NCBI GenBank assembly: GCA_963827275.1
Contig: CAWHAA010000009.1
Location: forward strand, 32,001 to 96,000
DNA length: 64,000 nucleotides
Source of the DNA: an uncultured Spirochaetota bacterium
GTDB taxonomy: Bacteria; Spirochaetota; UBA4802; UBA5550
Reading direction: 5' to 3'
Under the pieces are notes generated by a model. That model was not told the origin of the DNA, searched no databases, and saw only the letters and a program-made list of their open reading frames with translations. Positions 51,015 through 61,644 of this stretch are shown here, piece after piece (positions within the stretch are counted from its first letter, which is position 1; each line of letters opens with the position of its first letter). The position numbers and the translations under genes were made by a program.

Positions 51015-51434
51015 ATGAATTTAATGAAATTACTTATATTGTCATTTTTTATTTTTTCGTTTTTACCTTTATCAGCCCAGGAAAAAGTTAGTACTGGGAA
51101 AATAAATCCCCTCATTACAGAAATATCGGCTGCAATAAATGAATATAAATCAAAAACTATTACCTTGCGATTGAAACTTAAATGTGTTGATAAAATATTT
51201 GAGAAAATAACGTTTTATGACACTAAGAACCATGATATTGAATTTGATATATCAACACGTCAGATAAAAAAGAAAATTGCTGCAGATATGATTAATCTTC
51301 ATGAGGGATTGGAATACAATGTGACCTTTACTGTTCAGAATGTCGGAAATATGGGGCAGATTATAGCTGAATTAAAGGGATTTAAGGCTGTTTTGCTCGA
51401 CGATATTCCTGATGCTGGGATGCGAAGAAATTAA
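51015..51434 (+). CDS. Secreted hypothetical protein (possibly OB-fold-like)
   Basis: AGGA immediately after the repeat; signal peptide MKLLILSFFIFSFLPLSA. Start at 51009, 51015 or 51024. Confidence 0.65.
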   Translation: MNLMKLLILSFFIFSFLPLSAQEKVSTGKINPLITEISAAINEYKSKTITLRLKLKCVDKIFEKITFYDTKNHDIEFDISTRQIKKKIAADMINLHEGLEYNVTFTVQNVGNMGQIIAELKGFKAVLLDDIPDAGMRRN

Positions 51435-51438
51435 AAAA

Positions 51439-51476
51439 GAGAAAGCAGAATAGCTGGGCGGCTATCCTGCCTTCTC
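51439..51476. terminator. Hairpin after the cargo gene
   Basis: GAGAAAGCAGAATAGC...GCTATCCTGCCTTCTC imperfect stem. Confidence 0.5.
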
Positions 51477-51792
51477 CTAAAACGCAGTGCCAAGTCTTCA
51501 ATATGGCAAAATCGGGAGGGAATTACCATATATTAACTTGTTAATAAATTATCGGTATATAGAAATAAAAACTTTAATCTTTTTTTCTCAATAAGTTGTT
51601 TTTTTAAAAACTTATCAAGATTTATTGAAAATATATTCCAAAATATAGATTATATGTCTTTTCCTTGCGATAACTTCCTTAATACTGTACTGATTATATT
51701 GAATGTTACTCTGACACCTGAATTTTTTACTAGGAGATAGAATTTTCTGGCCAGCTTATGGAAAACCCGCCGGGGAATAGAAAAGATAGCGT

Positions 51793-52716
51793 ATGATGGG
51801 TACGGTAGTAAAGATCTACGGTAAGTATTATACTGTAGAATACAATACAAAAAGAATAAACTGCACCCTGAGGGGACGCCTGCGGAAAGACAAGCGTCTT
51901 GAGAAATATTCAGAGCCGGTCGCGGTGGGTGACAGAGTAATATTCGAGCCTGACGGCGAAGATGCCGGTGCCATAGAATCAGTGCTGGAGCGAAAAAATG
52001 TCTTTACCAGGAGGTTCAAGGACAGCGATCGGGATGATCTTATTGCGGCCAACCTGGACCGGATTGTTGTCATCCAGTGTTTTGGAAAGCCCCGTCTCAA
52101 TTTACGCTTTGTTGACAGGCTCATAGTGCGCGGGGTCAGAGAAGGCATTCCTGTGATCCTCTGCGTGAACAAGCTTGACCTTGCCGGCGAGGATGAGAAC
52201 GAAATGATAGATTCCTATTACCGCGGATTCGATCTGGACATCATGCGGATGAGCGCCGTTACCGGCGAAGGGGTTGAAGAGCTGAAGACGGCCCTTGCCG
52301 GCAGGCAATCGATACTTATCGGTAATTCCGGCGTGGGCAAGACAAGCGTGCTCAACCGGATGTACGACGGCCTTGACCTTAAGACAACGGCGGTGTCGTT
52401 GAGCACCGGCAAGGGCCGGCATACGACCACGAATGTCTCAATGTTCAGCCTGGATGGCGATACCCGCATCATCGATACGCCGGGCTTGCGCGAGTTCGGC
52501 CTGATGGACATCGAGCCTGAAGAGCTTGGCATCTACTTTATGGAATTCGGCCGGTATGCCGGCAAGTGCGGCTTCAGTCCCTGCACGCACGACCATGAGC
52601 CGGGATGCAATGTAAAGAAACAGGTCGAGAAAGGAAAAATCAGCGAAGACCGCTACGTGTCATATCTGAACATACTCGCGACGCTGAAGGATTATTTTGA
52701 AAACAGGTATCGATGA
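51793..52716 (+). CDS. rsgA: Ribosome small subunit-dependent GTPase A
   Basis: NKLDL, GNSGVGKT, GRHTTT, DTPG, CGFSPCTHDHEPGC. Confidence 0.96.
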   Translation: MMGTVVKIYGKYYTVEYNTKRINCTLRGRLRKDKRLEKYSEPVAVGDRVIFEPDGEDAGAIESVLERKNVFTRRFKDSDRDDLIAANLDRIVVIQCFGKPRLNLRFVDRLIVRGVREGIPVILCVNKLDLAGEDENEMIDSYYRGFDLDIMRMSAVTGEGVEELKTALAGRQSILIGNSGVGKTSVLNRMYDGLDLKTTAVSLSTGKGRHTTTNVSMFSLDGDTRIIDTPGLREFGLMDIEPEELGIYFMEFGRYAGKCGFSPCTHDHEPGCNVKKQVEKGKISEDRYVSYLNILATLKDYFENRYR

Positions 52717-53474
52717 CCATGATCAGTATTAAGGGCCTTCGCATATCATTCAGCGGTACCACTGTCATCGACGGTGTCGATCTCTATGTCCCTGAAGGAA
52801 AAACGCTTGTCCTCATGGGAAAAAACGGGTCCGGAAAATCGACGATCCTGAAGGCGCTGTCGGGGCTGATCGATTATGATGGCTCCATCGAGATTAACGG
52901 GACTGACATCAGGGAGCTCTATCGTGACCGCTATAACACGGGTGCGCATGGCGCCGCCCCGCTCAGGATTGCCTACGTGTTCCAGAAGGGGGGGCTGTTT
53001 GACTCCATGAACGTGTTCGATAATGTGGCCTTCGGTCTCAGGCGGCTGGGCGCAGACGGCCCGTCCGTTGAAAAGCGGGTTGTCGAATCCCTGGCGCGGG
53101 TCGGATTGAAGGGAAACGAGCTCAAGGCAATATCGGAGCTGTCCGGCGGCATGCAGAAGCGCGTGGGCCTGGCGCGTGCGGTCTGCCTCGAACCGAACGT
53201 AATTTTTTTCGATGACCCGGCCGCGGGACTTGACCCGATCCTCTCTGATTCCATTGCCGATTTGATCTGCGAGATACGGCAGTCGCTGAACGCCACCTCG
53301 ATCGTTGTCACGCATGACGCCGTGGTGGCCCGCAAGGTGGCGGATTCCATCGCACTCCTGTATAACGGCAGGATCGTGTACGTGGGCGACAGCGCCGGCT
53401 TCTTCTCGATGTCCGATCCCTTCGCGCGCCAGTTCATCGAGGGCGATGCCGAAGGGCCTATCGATATATTCTGA
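52713..53474 (+). CDS. ABC transporter ATP-binding protein (MlaF/Mkl-like)
   Basis: GKNGSGKST, FQKGGLFDSMNV, LSGGMQKRVGLARA, GLDPI. Confidence 0.88.
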   Translation: MTMISIKGLRISFSGTTVIDGVDLYVPEGKTLVLMGKNGSGKSTILKALSGLIDYDGSIEINGTDIRELYRDRYNTGAHGAAPLRIAYVFQKGGLFDSMNVFDNVAFGLRRLGADGPSVEKRVVESLARVGLKGNELKAISELSGGMQKRVGLARAVCLEPNVIFFDDPAAGLDPILSDSIADLICEIRQSLNATSIVVTHDAVVARKVADSIALLYNGRIVYVGDSAGFFSMSDPFARQFIEGDAEGPIDIF

Positions 53475-53500
53475 GCACGGCGGACGCCCGCTTTTTTATC

Positions 53501-53529
53501 TTGACACGTATCTTTCAAGTACCTATGTT
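53501..53529 (+). promoter_or_regulatory. Putative sigma70 promoter
   Basis: TTGACA-17-TATGTT. Confidence 0.55.
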
Positions 53530-53571
53530 CACCAAATATTGTTCTCCATGTGATTTGTCAGGGACATTGCA

Positions 53572-54624
53572 TTGAAACTTCTTGTTACCGGAACTGCAGG
53601 TTTTATCGGGTTTCACCTGGCCGAGGCCTTTGCCGCGCGTGGCGATGATGTCATGGGCATGGACAACCTGAGTGACTATTATGATGTCGACCTCAAATAC
53701 GCCAGGCTGGCCGCCTCGGGCATTTCGAAAGACGGTCTCGCAGAGGGGGCCGTTGCCAGGAGCGTGAAATATCCGAACTACCGTTTTGTCCTGCGCGACC
53801 TGCTGGACAGAGATGGGCTCGACGCCATGTTCGGGCGGGAACGGTTCGACGCGGTGTGCCACCTGGCCGCGCAGGCTGGAGTGCGCTTTTCCCTCGAGAA
53901 CCCGCACGCGTACATCGATGCCAACATCACCGGATTCCTGAATGTCCTGGAAGCGTGCCGCCGCCACGGCACGGGCCACCTGGTCTTCGCCAGCAGTTCC
54001 TCCGTGTACGGGCTCAATGAGAAGATGCCCTTCAGCACATCTGACAATGTTGATCACCCGGTGAGTCTCTACGGCGCGACCAAGAAATGCGATGAGCTGA
54101 TGGCGCACACCTACAGCCACCTCTTCGGCATCCCCGCGACCGGCCTCCGCTTTTTCACCGTGTATGGCCCCTGGGGGCGGCCCGATATGGCGCCCTTCCT
54201 CTTCGCCCGGTCGATCATGGAAGGGACCCCGATAAACGTATTCAACAACGGCGACATGGCGCGGGACTTCACGTATATCGACGATATCGTCAACGGCGTT
54301 GTCCGCGTGACTGACCGGCCGCCAGCGGGGGACCCGGCATGGAACGGCGCGGTCCCGGACCCGGGGAGCTCGAGGGCCCCGTACAAGATCTACAATATCG
54401 GGAACGGCGCGCCGGTGAAGCTCCTCGATTTTATCGGCGCCCTTGAAGAGCGTCTCGGCAAAAAGGCCGTGAAAAATTTCATGCCGATGCAGCCGGGCGA
54501 CGTGCACGCGACCTATGCGGATGTCTCCGACCTGTCACGCGACATCGGGTATGCGCCCTCCACGGCGCTGGGACCCGGGCTGGACCGCTTTGTGCGCTGG
54601 TTTCTTGACTACTATGGACGGTGA
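53572..54624 (+). CDS. NAD-dependent epimerase (UDP-glucuronate 4-epimerase-like)
   Basis: TGTAGFIG, HLAAQAGVR, YGATKK, FTVYGPWGRPDMA. Confidence 0.92.
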   Translation: MKLLVTGTAGFIGFHLAEAFAARGDDVMGMDNLSDYYDVDLKYARLAASGISKDGLAEGAVARSVKYPNYRFVLRDLLDRDGLDAMFGRERFDAVCHLAAQAGVRFSLENPHAYIDANITGFLNVLEACRRHGTGHLVFASSSSVYGLNEKMPFSTSDNVDHPVSLYGATKKCDELMAHTYSHLFGIPATGLRFFTVYGPWGRPDMAPFLFARSIMEGTPINVFNNGDMARDFTYIDDIVNGVVRVTDRPPAGDPAWNGAVPDPGSSRAPYKIYNIGNGAPVKLLDFIGALEERLGKKAVKNFMPMQPGDVHATYADVSDLSRDIGYAPSTALGPGLDRFVRWFLDYYGR

Positions 54625-54694
54625 CGGTCCTTTTTCATGATAACGCCCCCGATTTTTGAAGGAGTATCGGCGCGGCCATGCCGATAGTTGATGT

Positions 54695-55844
54695 ATGAAC
54701 GTTCCTTTCCATAAACCCTATATCACCGAGGATGAAATCAGCGCAGCCGCCGATATGATGCGTGCGGGATGGCTCACCGCGGGCGTAACCACCGCCTCCT
54801 TCGAGGAAGAATTCAGGAAATATGTCGGGTGCGGAAACGCCGTCTCCGCGAATTCCGCCACCGCCGGGATGCACCTTTCGCTCTCCTGCCATCGGGCTCA
54901 GGGAGCATGATGAGGTGCTGATGCCGGCGATGACCTTCACCGCAACCGCGGAGGTGGTGCGCTACTTCAACGCGTGGCCGGTGCTGGTGGACATCGAGCC
55001 GGACACCCACCTGATGGACGCGAATAAAATCGAGGAGAAGATCACCGCGCGCACCAGGGCCATCATGCCGGTGCATTTCGCCGGCCAGCCGTGCGACATG
55101 GACGAGATAATGGATATCGCGCGCAGGCACGGCCTGGAGGTCATCGAGGACGCGGCGCATTGCCTCCCCTCCTGGTACAAGGGGAGGCCGGTCGGCGCCC
55201 TGGGCGGCGACGCCTGCTTCAGCTTCTACGCCACCAAGACCATCACCACCGGCGAGGGCGGCATGGTCTGCACCGATAACGACGAGCGCGCGAAGCGGAT
55301 GCGCGTGCTCCGTCTCCACGGCATCGACCGCGACGCGTGGCAGCGGCACAACTCGCAGCGCTTCTGGCAGTATGACGTGGTGGAGGCGGGATTCAAGTAC
55401 AATACCACCGACATCGCGTCGGCCATCGGCATCGAGCAGCTGAAGAAGGCGGAGAAAATTTGGCATATGAGAAAAAGGGTCGCCGAGCGCTATACCGCCG
55501 CGTTCAGCGGGCAGGACGGGCTTGTGCCATACACCGTGAAGCCGGACCGCGTCACCTCGTGGTACCTGTACCCGCTGGACCTCGGCCTCGACGCGCTGAC
55601 GATCACCAGGGACCGCTTTATCGAAGAGATGCGCGCCCGGGGGGTGGGGACAAGCGTTCATTTCATCCCCCTCTATGAATTCAGCTATTATAAAAGAATC
55701 GGTTATACGGGAGAGGGGCTGGACAATTGCCGGCATGTCTTCGAACGGACCATGTCCCTTCCCATTTTCCCGGCCATGACCGATGCCGAGATCGATTATG
55801 TCATAGAAAATGTGCTTGATCTGGCGAAAAAGAACAAGCGCTGA
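54695..55844 (+). pseudogene. DegT/DnrJ/EryC1/StrS aminotransferase, frameshifted near 54890
   Basis: N-terminal PFHKP..NSATAGMHL in one frame; EDAAH and FSFYATKTITTGEGG in another. Confidence 0.88.
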
Positions 55845-55867
55845 TATCCCTGGGAGATGACCGAACA

Positions 55868-57792
55868 ATGAGCGTTTTCTATCCGGTGCGGGGCAAGCGG
55901 ATCCTCTTTCCGATCATCGATGCCGGTATCGTCGCGGCGTCAGTTGCCGTTTCCTGCGCCCTGTCGGGCCTTCCGCTCGAGGGGGCGGTGCCCGGCGACA
56001 TGGCCCTGCGCTACGCGCTGCCCCTGGCGGTCTGCCTCATCGGGGCGTTCTATTTCTTCCAGATCTACCGCATCATGTGGACGTATTCGAGCACTCGGGG
56101 ATGTCTACCGTCTCCTGGCGGCCGGCATGACCGGCTACGGCCTGTTCTTCGCGGTGATCGCCGCCACCGGCACGGCATTCACTGCCGCGTTCATGGTGAT
56201 GACGTTTCTTTTGTCGATGCTGCTCTCGGTCTTTTACCGCGTTCTGCTCAGGGATTATTTCTTGCGGCAGACCAGGAATGGGACGGGCGGCGGGACGGCC
56301 GGTCTGGGCGATGCAAGGAAGAATATTCTGATCATCGGGGCAGGGGAGGCGGGCCACATTATACTCTCCGAGTACATCAAGAAGGGACTGGGCAGGCCTC
56401 ATCGCCGGGTTTGCCGATGATGATCCGGGCAAGATCGGGAAGATCATGAACGGGAAGCTGGTCTTCTGCGATACCGCGAGCGTCAACAGCGTCATACGGG
56501 AACGGGTGATCAGCGAGGTCGTCATCGCCATGCCGTCGGTGGGATCGGAGAAGATCAACCGTATCGCTTCGGGGATACGGCGCGTTCACCGCGTCGCTTC
56601 CCATCAAGGTGATGCCCCACCAGCTTCGAGCTCGATGAGCGGAAGCCGCTCTCCATATCTCTCCGTGACATCAGCATCGCAGACCTGATCGGCCGCGAGG
56701 AGGTGCGGGTCGACGCGGCGCTGATCGAAAAAAAATATTCAGGGAAGACCGTCCTCATCACCGGGGCGGGGGGCAGCATCGGGTCTGAGATCTGCAGGCA
56801 GCTGCTGAATTACAATATTAAAAAGCTTGTCGCGGTGGGCAGGGGCGAATTTTCCATGTATAACCTGATCACGGATCCTGAACGACGATGCGGGCTTTCT
56901 CGGCGGAACCCGCCGCTCATCGTGTACCGGATCGCGGACATAAAGGACTTCCGCCTCATGGACTCGATCTTCAGCGAGCACCGGCCGGATATCGTGTTCC
57001 ACGCCGCGGCGCACAAGCATGTCCCCCTCATGGAGTTCAACGAGGCGGAGGCGGTGCAGAACAACGTGCGGGGAACGAAGAACGTGCTCGAGCTGGCGCA
57101 CCGGCACGGCACCGGGGAGTTCGTCTTCATCTCCACGGACAAGGCCGTGAACCCGACCAGCGTCATGGGCGCCACCAAGCGGATCGCGGAGATCGCTGAC
57201 GAATTACTACCACCGGACAGAAGGGCTTACCACCACCATCGTCCGGTTCGGCAACGTCATCGGCAGCAGGGGCTCGGTCATCCCTCTCTTCATGGAGCAG
57301 ATCGAGCGGGGCGGCCCCGTGACCGTGACCCACCCCGATGTCACGCGCTATTTCATGAGCATCCCCGAGGCGTCGCTGCTCGTCCTCAACGCCGCGGCCT
57401 ATTCAGCCGGCGGCGAGCTCTTCGTGCTCGACATGGGCAGCCAGTACCGTGTCGCGGAGATCGCGCAGCGGCTCATCGAGTTTTACGGCTACCGCTCCGA
57501 TGACGAAATCAGGATCGAGTACACGGGCCTCCGGCCCGGCGAGAAGATGCACGAGGACCTTTTCTACGAGGATGAGAGCCTCACCAGGACCCCCAACGAA
57601 AAGATCTTCATCCTCGCCGCGGGCGATGAGCCGGACAGCGCGCTGATCGGTTCGTTTTTAAAGGACGACCTGCCCGGCATTGTCGGCAGCAGCCCCGAAG
57701 CGATCAGGCGGACAATAAAAACGATCGTACCAACCTACGAGCCGGGCCCTGCCCGGGACGATGCCGGCTCGAATAAAAAGCTCGTCAGCTGA
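55868..57792 (+). pseudogene. CapD/PglF-family nucleotide-sugar dehydratase with multiple frameshifts
   Basis: ILIIGAGEAG, ITGAGGSIGSE, HAAAHKHVPLME, STDKAVNP, VRFGNV and GLRPGEK spread over several frames. Confidence 0.88.
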
Positions 57793-57834
57793 CGGGCCCG
57801 CCGTTTTCCCGCTCCAGGCGATTTCCTTAAGGGC

Positions 57835-57864
57835 TTGACAATAAACCGGTGCGGGAAGTATGCT
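57835..57864 (+). promoter_or_regulatory. Putative sigma70 promoter
   Basis: TTGACA-18-TATGCT. Confidence 0.5.
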
Positions 57865-57887
57865 ATGACACCTGGACGCGGTATGCC

Positions 57888-58838
57888 ATGAATGATATAA
57901 CCATGTATGAAAGCTCGGATTTCTCGCAGGAGGAACTCCTCAGGGCCAGGGGCCGGAGGAGGATCATCGTCGTCTTTTCCACGTACGGCGAGCGTGAGGC
58001 CGGGCTTATCCGTGACAAGATCCGGCTCCTCCGCTCCGGGCTGGGCGACTGCATCGACGGAATCCTGCTTTCGCACCGGCGCGCGGGGAACGGCGAGGAC
58101 GAGACCGAGCGGATGGCGCGCGATGCGTGGGAGGGGACGGAAGTGGTCGTGTGCAATTCCTACCGCGTCCCCGACATGGGCGATGAGCGGGGGAAGGGCG
58201 CGGACATGCGCCGGGCGCTGCACCGCGTGAACACGCTCTGGGGCAGGAAGGCGGGCCCGCGCAACGTTGTCGTGGTGTTCCTTGATGCGGATGTCACGCC
58301 GGAATATTTCGGGGCGCACTTTGTCCTGGCGCTGGCCGGCGCCGTGCTCAAAGGCAATGACTTCGCCCGCGCGAGCTTCTGGCGGGCGATGGGAAGGATC
58401 AAGAAGTTCGTGGCGCAGCCCCTGTATTCCGTGATCGACCATCCCGATCTGCGGAAGCTTGCACAGTTCCATTATCCCCTGTCGGGTGAGGCCGCGGGCA
58501 CCCTTGAGTTTTTCAACAGCGTGCATTTCTGGCAGCGGTACGGCGTGGAGACGGGCATCAATATCGACACCTGCATGGGGCCATGGCGTGTGGCCGACGT
58601 CAACCTCGGCCTTTATGACCACGCGCACCACGGCGACCTGGACGTCCAGAAAATGGCCTTCGGGATCATCCGCACCTACCTCATGCAGCTGCGCGATTAC
58701 GGCATCATACGGCTCGCTGAAAACGCCGAGATATCCGACATCTTCCGTGTATCGTATATCGACGGCGACGGCGCGAGGCAGCAGCTCGAATTTGAGCTCG
58801 ATGAGAAGAAGTACGCCCCGTTGAAGGAGATATTGTAA
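57888..58838 (+). CDS. Glucosyl-3-phosphoglycerate synthase-like GT-A glycosyltransferase
   Basis: GKGADM, VFLDAD, YPLSGE, YGVETGINID, YDHAHH. Confidence 0.75.
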   Translation: MNDITMYESSDFSQEELLRARGRRRIIVVFSTYGEREAGLIRDKIRLLRSGLGDCIDGILLSHRRAGNGEDETERMARDAWEGTEVVVCNSYRVPDMGDERGKGADMRRALHRVNTLWGRKAGPRNVVVVFLDADVTPEYFGAHFVLALAGAVLKGNDFARASFWRAMGRIKKFVAQPLYSVIDHPDLRKLAQFHYPLSGEAAGTLEFFNSVHFWQRYGVETGINIDTCMGPWRVADVNLGLYDHAHHGDLDVQKMAFGIIRTYLMQLRDYGIIRLAENAEISDIFRVSYIDGDGARQQLEFELDEKKYAPLKEIL

Positions 58839-58884
58839 TTTACGGTTGAAGGCGGGGTCGGGTGACCCCGCCTTCAACCGTAAA
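58839..58884. repeat. Perfect 21-bp inverted repeat with a 4-nt loop
   Basis: TTTACGGTTGAAGGCGGGGTC-GGGT-GACCCCGCCTTCAACCGTAAA. Confidence 0.85.
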
Positions 58885-58904
58885 CAATAAAGAGAGGATC
58901 AGCG

Positions 58905-59495
58905 ATGAGCAGGCTTATGCAGATGGCCGGCGACAAGGCCCACCAGCGGACGATCACCATCTCCACGTACCCGGCAGGCCCCGAAAAGGTCATTGTCGAG
59001 GGAAGCCTCGTGGACCGGCGGCTTAACGATTATTACCTGATGACCGGTGAAAAGAGGCCGGCCGGAGAGATCCACCACATGGCGGTCCGGCTCCTGGTTG
59101 AGACCGCCGGTTTCAGCATAGAAGACGTCGAGGTCGACCTGGTGGCCGTCCCGCGCGATGAATGCGCCGAGGTCCGGGACACCCTTGACGTCATCAAAGG
59201 AGAGAAGATCGCGCGTGGATTTTCCGGAAGGATGAAGGAGCTCCTGGGGGGCGTTAAAAGCTGCACCCACCTGCTGACGCTCCTTGTCGCCATGGGGCCC
59301 GCGGCGCTCCAGGGTATCTTTTCGAGCAGGGCGCAGAAACCGATGGACATGGCCGCGATGATGGCCGACCCTTCAAGGACGGGTTTTTTCATGAAGACCC
59401 TCCTCAATACCTGCCGCGTGTGGCGCGAGGACGGCCCCGCGTTTAAGCGCCTCAGGGAGACGATAGAAAAGATGACGGCGGGCGTGAAGAAGTAA
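58905..59495 (+). CDS. DUF2889-like protein
   Basis: HQRTI..EGSLVD..IHHM..GGVKSCTHL pattern. Confidence 0.7.
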   Translation: MSRLMQMAGDKAHQRTITISTYPAGPEKVIVEGSLVDRRLNDYYLMTGEKRPAGEIHHMAVRLLVETAGFSIEDVEVDLVAVPRDECAEVRDTLDVIKGEKIARGFSGRMKELLGGVKSCTHLLTLLVAMGPAALQGIFSSRAQKPMDMAAMMADPSRTGFFMKTLLNTCRVWREDGPAFKRLRETIEKMTAGVKK

Positions 59496-59505
59496 CCGTG
59501 GCCGG

Positions 59506-61590
59506 TTATCCTGCGGGAGCGGCGGCCTGTTTTTTCCTGACGAGGATCACCGTCAGGTCGTCATGCATCTCCTTCGTGCCCAGGTAGTGGAAAAAGTCGC
59601 CGACCACGATGTTCAGCAGCTTCTGCGATGCGTCGCCCTGGGCATTCTGGAGCGATTGCATGATCCGCGTCTCCCCGTATTCCTCGCCGCTTGCGTTCGA
59701 CGATTCGATCATCGAATCAGTGTAGAGCAGGATCGCGTCGTCCTCTTTCAGCCTGAAGGATATCTCCTTGAAACAGACGGCGGTATGGGACGTGCGGGTG
59801 TCGATGCCCAGGAAGGGGCCGCCCACGCGCTCCCCGCTCTTGTCGAGGACCTTGCCGGTTTTATTGATCTCGTTTTTTTTGCAGATGATGTCCGGGTGCG
59901 CGCAATTGATATACTCGATCTGGTCGCCCTTGAAACGGAGGATGACGCCGGTCAGGTAATTGTCAATCTCCTTGATCTCGGTTATAAGGCGCTCGTTGAT
60001 CTTTTCGACCACCGCGCCGAGCGGCATCTCCTTCATCTCGAAAAACGTGGCTGATATGATCGATTTCGCCATCAGGGTGAGCAGCCCCGGGGCGATGCCG
60101 TGCCCTGAGACATCGAATATGCCCAGCCCGGTGAGGGAGCCGTTCTCCTCGAAGAAGTCGTAAAAGTCCCCCGATACCCCGGACTTGGGGATAAAGACCA
60201 GCGCGATGTCATAAAAGGGTGAAAACGGCGCTTTTTTCGGCAGGAGCGACGACTGCAGGTTCGCGGCCATGACCATGTCCTTGCGGTAAACGGTCTGGGA
60301 TTCCTCGAGCTCGCGGTTGGTGAGGGTCAGCCGCTCGTTGGTCGCTTCGAGCTCTTCCATCGTCGCCTCGACTTCATCTTTCGCCTCCGACAGCTCCCGG
60401 GTCCGCTCTTCAACCTTGTCTTCGAGGTGTATGTTGATTTCCGCAAGGTTTTTCGTCAGGGAGTTCACCCTGTCGGCGAGCCCGAGGGAGAAGAGGGATA
60501 TCGAAAATATGGTGCCGATCTGGTATGCCCAGAGGGTGAGAAAATGGTTCGGCAGCAGGCCGAACCTGTTCCCGACGGTGATGATGACCCCGGCAAAAAG
60601 AAAAGACCACGCGACGGTATAGAAAATCGCCTCCCGTCTTTTTTTCCTGATCAGGTACGCCGCGATTACCGTGACGAGCAGTATGCCCGGGAGGAACGAG
60701 GCGGCCCCCACCATGATGGTGATATGGTAGGGAAGGAAGAACGTCAGGACGGCGAAGAGTATGATGATTCCGAGATATACCTTGAGCGTGTATACGAAAT
60801 ACTTGTGCAGCTCGCGCGGGTCGATGTACTTTATCGAGAATACCGTGAGGCAGATGTTCTGGATGAAGAGCGAGAAGGGCACGAGGCTGTTCATCCACGG
60901 GGTATTCGGCCAGAGGTATTGGAACCCGTACCCGTTGAGCTGGAGCGATCCGAAAACCAGCGAGGCGATGAACACCGAGTACGCGAGGTACGCAAGGTCC
61001 CTCATCGAAATGGCGAGGAGCAGATTGTAGATCATCAGTAATAACAGGGCCCCGTAAAAAAGACCGAACACCGTTTTTTGCGTATTGATTTCCGCTATGA
61101 CATTTTTCAGCGAGTGGATCTTCAACGGAATATTCATGGAGCTTTCAGTCTGGAAGCGGAGATAATAGGTGTAGGTCCCGGGTTCGCCCTCCAGGAGTAT
61201 AAGAAAATTGTGATGGTTGATGTCCCGTTTCCCGAACGGGAGCTTGTTCCCGAAATGGCTTGCGGTGTATACGCTGTCCGCGCCGGGGGTGTAGAGGTCA
61301 ATGCTGTTCAGCAGCGGATACCCGATTTCAAGGAACCATTCCTTATCGTTCTCCTCGGGTATCGTCACGGTAAATCGGGCCCAGATGATATCGTTGATGA
61401 ACCCGAACGCGTCTTTTTCCGTCCTGACGAATTTGCCTGACGCTTTTGCCTGCTCAAACGTGATGGTCCCTGCCGGGTCCCTCATCGCTTCGAAGGGCAC
61501 GTCGTATGAATCCGCAGACCCGAGAGTGAGCGCATGCGCCTGGAGCGGCAGTATGATTGTTGCAAGCAGCAGTACGATATAATATCGCAT
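59506..61590 (-). CDS. 7TM-DISM sensor with SpoIIE/PP2C phosphatase
   Basis: DISM extracellular region, 7 TMs, coiled coil, VSGDFYD, DVSGHG, LYTD, DDLT. Confidence 0.9.
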   Translation of the reverse strand: MRYYIVLLLATIILPLQAHALTLGSADSYDVPFEAMRDPAGTITFEQAKASGKFVRTEKDAFGFINDIIWARFTVTIPEENDKEWFLEIGYPLLNSIDLYTPGADSVYTASHFGNKLPFGKRDINHHNFLILLEGEPGTYTYYLRFQTESSMNIPLKIHSLKNVIAEINTQKTVFGLFYGALLLLMIYNLLLAISMRDLAYLAYSVFIASLVFGSLQLNGYGFQYLWPNTPWMNSLVPFSLFIQNICLTVFSIKYIDPRELHKYFVYTLKVYLGIIILFAVLTFFLPYHITIMVGAASFLPGILLVTVIAAYLIRKKRREAIFYTVAWSFLFAGVIITVGNRFGLLPNHFLTLWAYQIGTIFSISLFSLGLADRVNSLTKNLAEINIHLEDKVEERTRELSEAKDEVEATMEELEATNERLTLTNRELEESQTVYRKDMVMAANLQSSLLPKKAPFSPFYDIALVFIPKSGVSGDFYDFFEENGSLTGLGIFDVSGHGIAPGLLTLMAKSIISATFFEMKEMPLGAVVEKINERLITEIKEIDNYLTGVILRFKGDQIEYINCAHPDIICKKNEINKTGKVLDKSGERVGGPFLGIDTRTSHTAVCFKEISFRLKEDDAILLYTDSMIESSNASGEEYGETRIMQSLQNAQGDASQKLLNIVVGDFFHYLGTKEMHDDLTVILVRKKQAAAPAG

Positions 61591-61644
61591 GTCGTGGATA
61601 ATGATGGCCGCCCCGCGCGGCGCGGGGCGGCTCCCTCCAAAAAA

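Larger units (their letters stand above)
50020..51718 (+). mobile_element. AT-rich RAYT locus bounded and subdivided by direct 13-mer repeats
   Basis: Motifs at 50020-50032, 50875-50887, 50992-51004 and 51706-51718, all on the + strand. Confidence 0.65.

Noticed and set aside
51928..52141. Reverse-strand near-matches to the 13-mer (GGTGACAGAGTAA at 51928, GGGGTCAGAG at 52132)
   Set aside because: Both lie inside rsgA coding sequence (VGDRV, RGVRE) and are explicable by codons.
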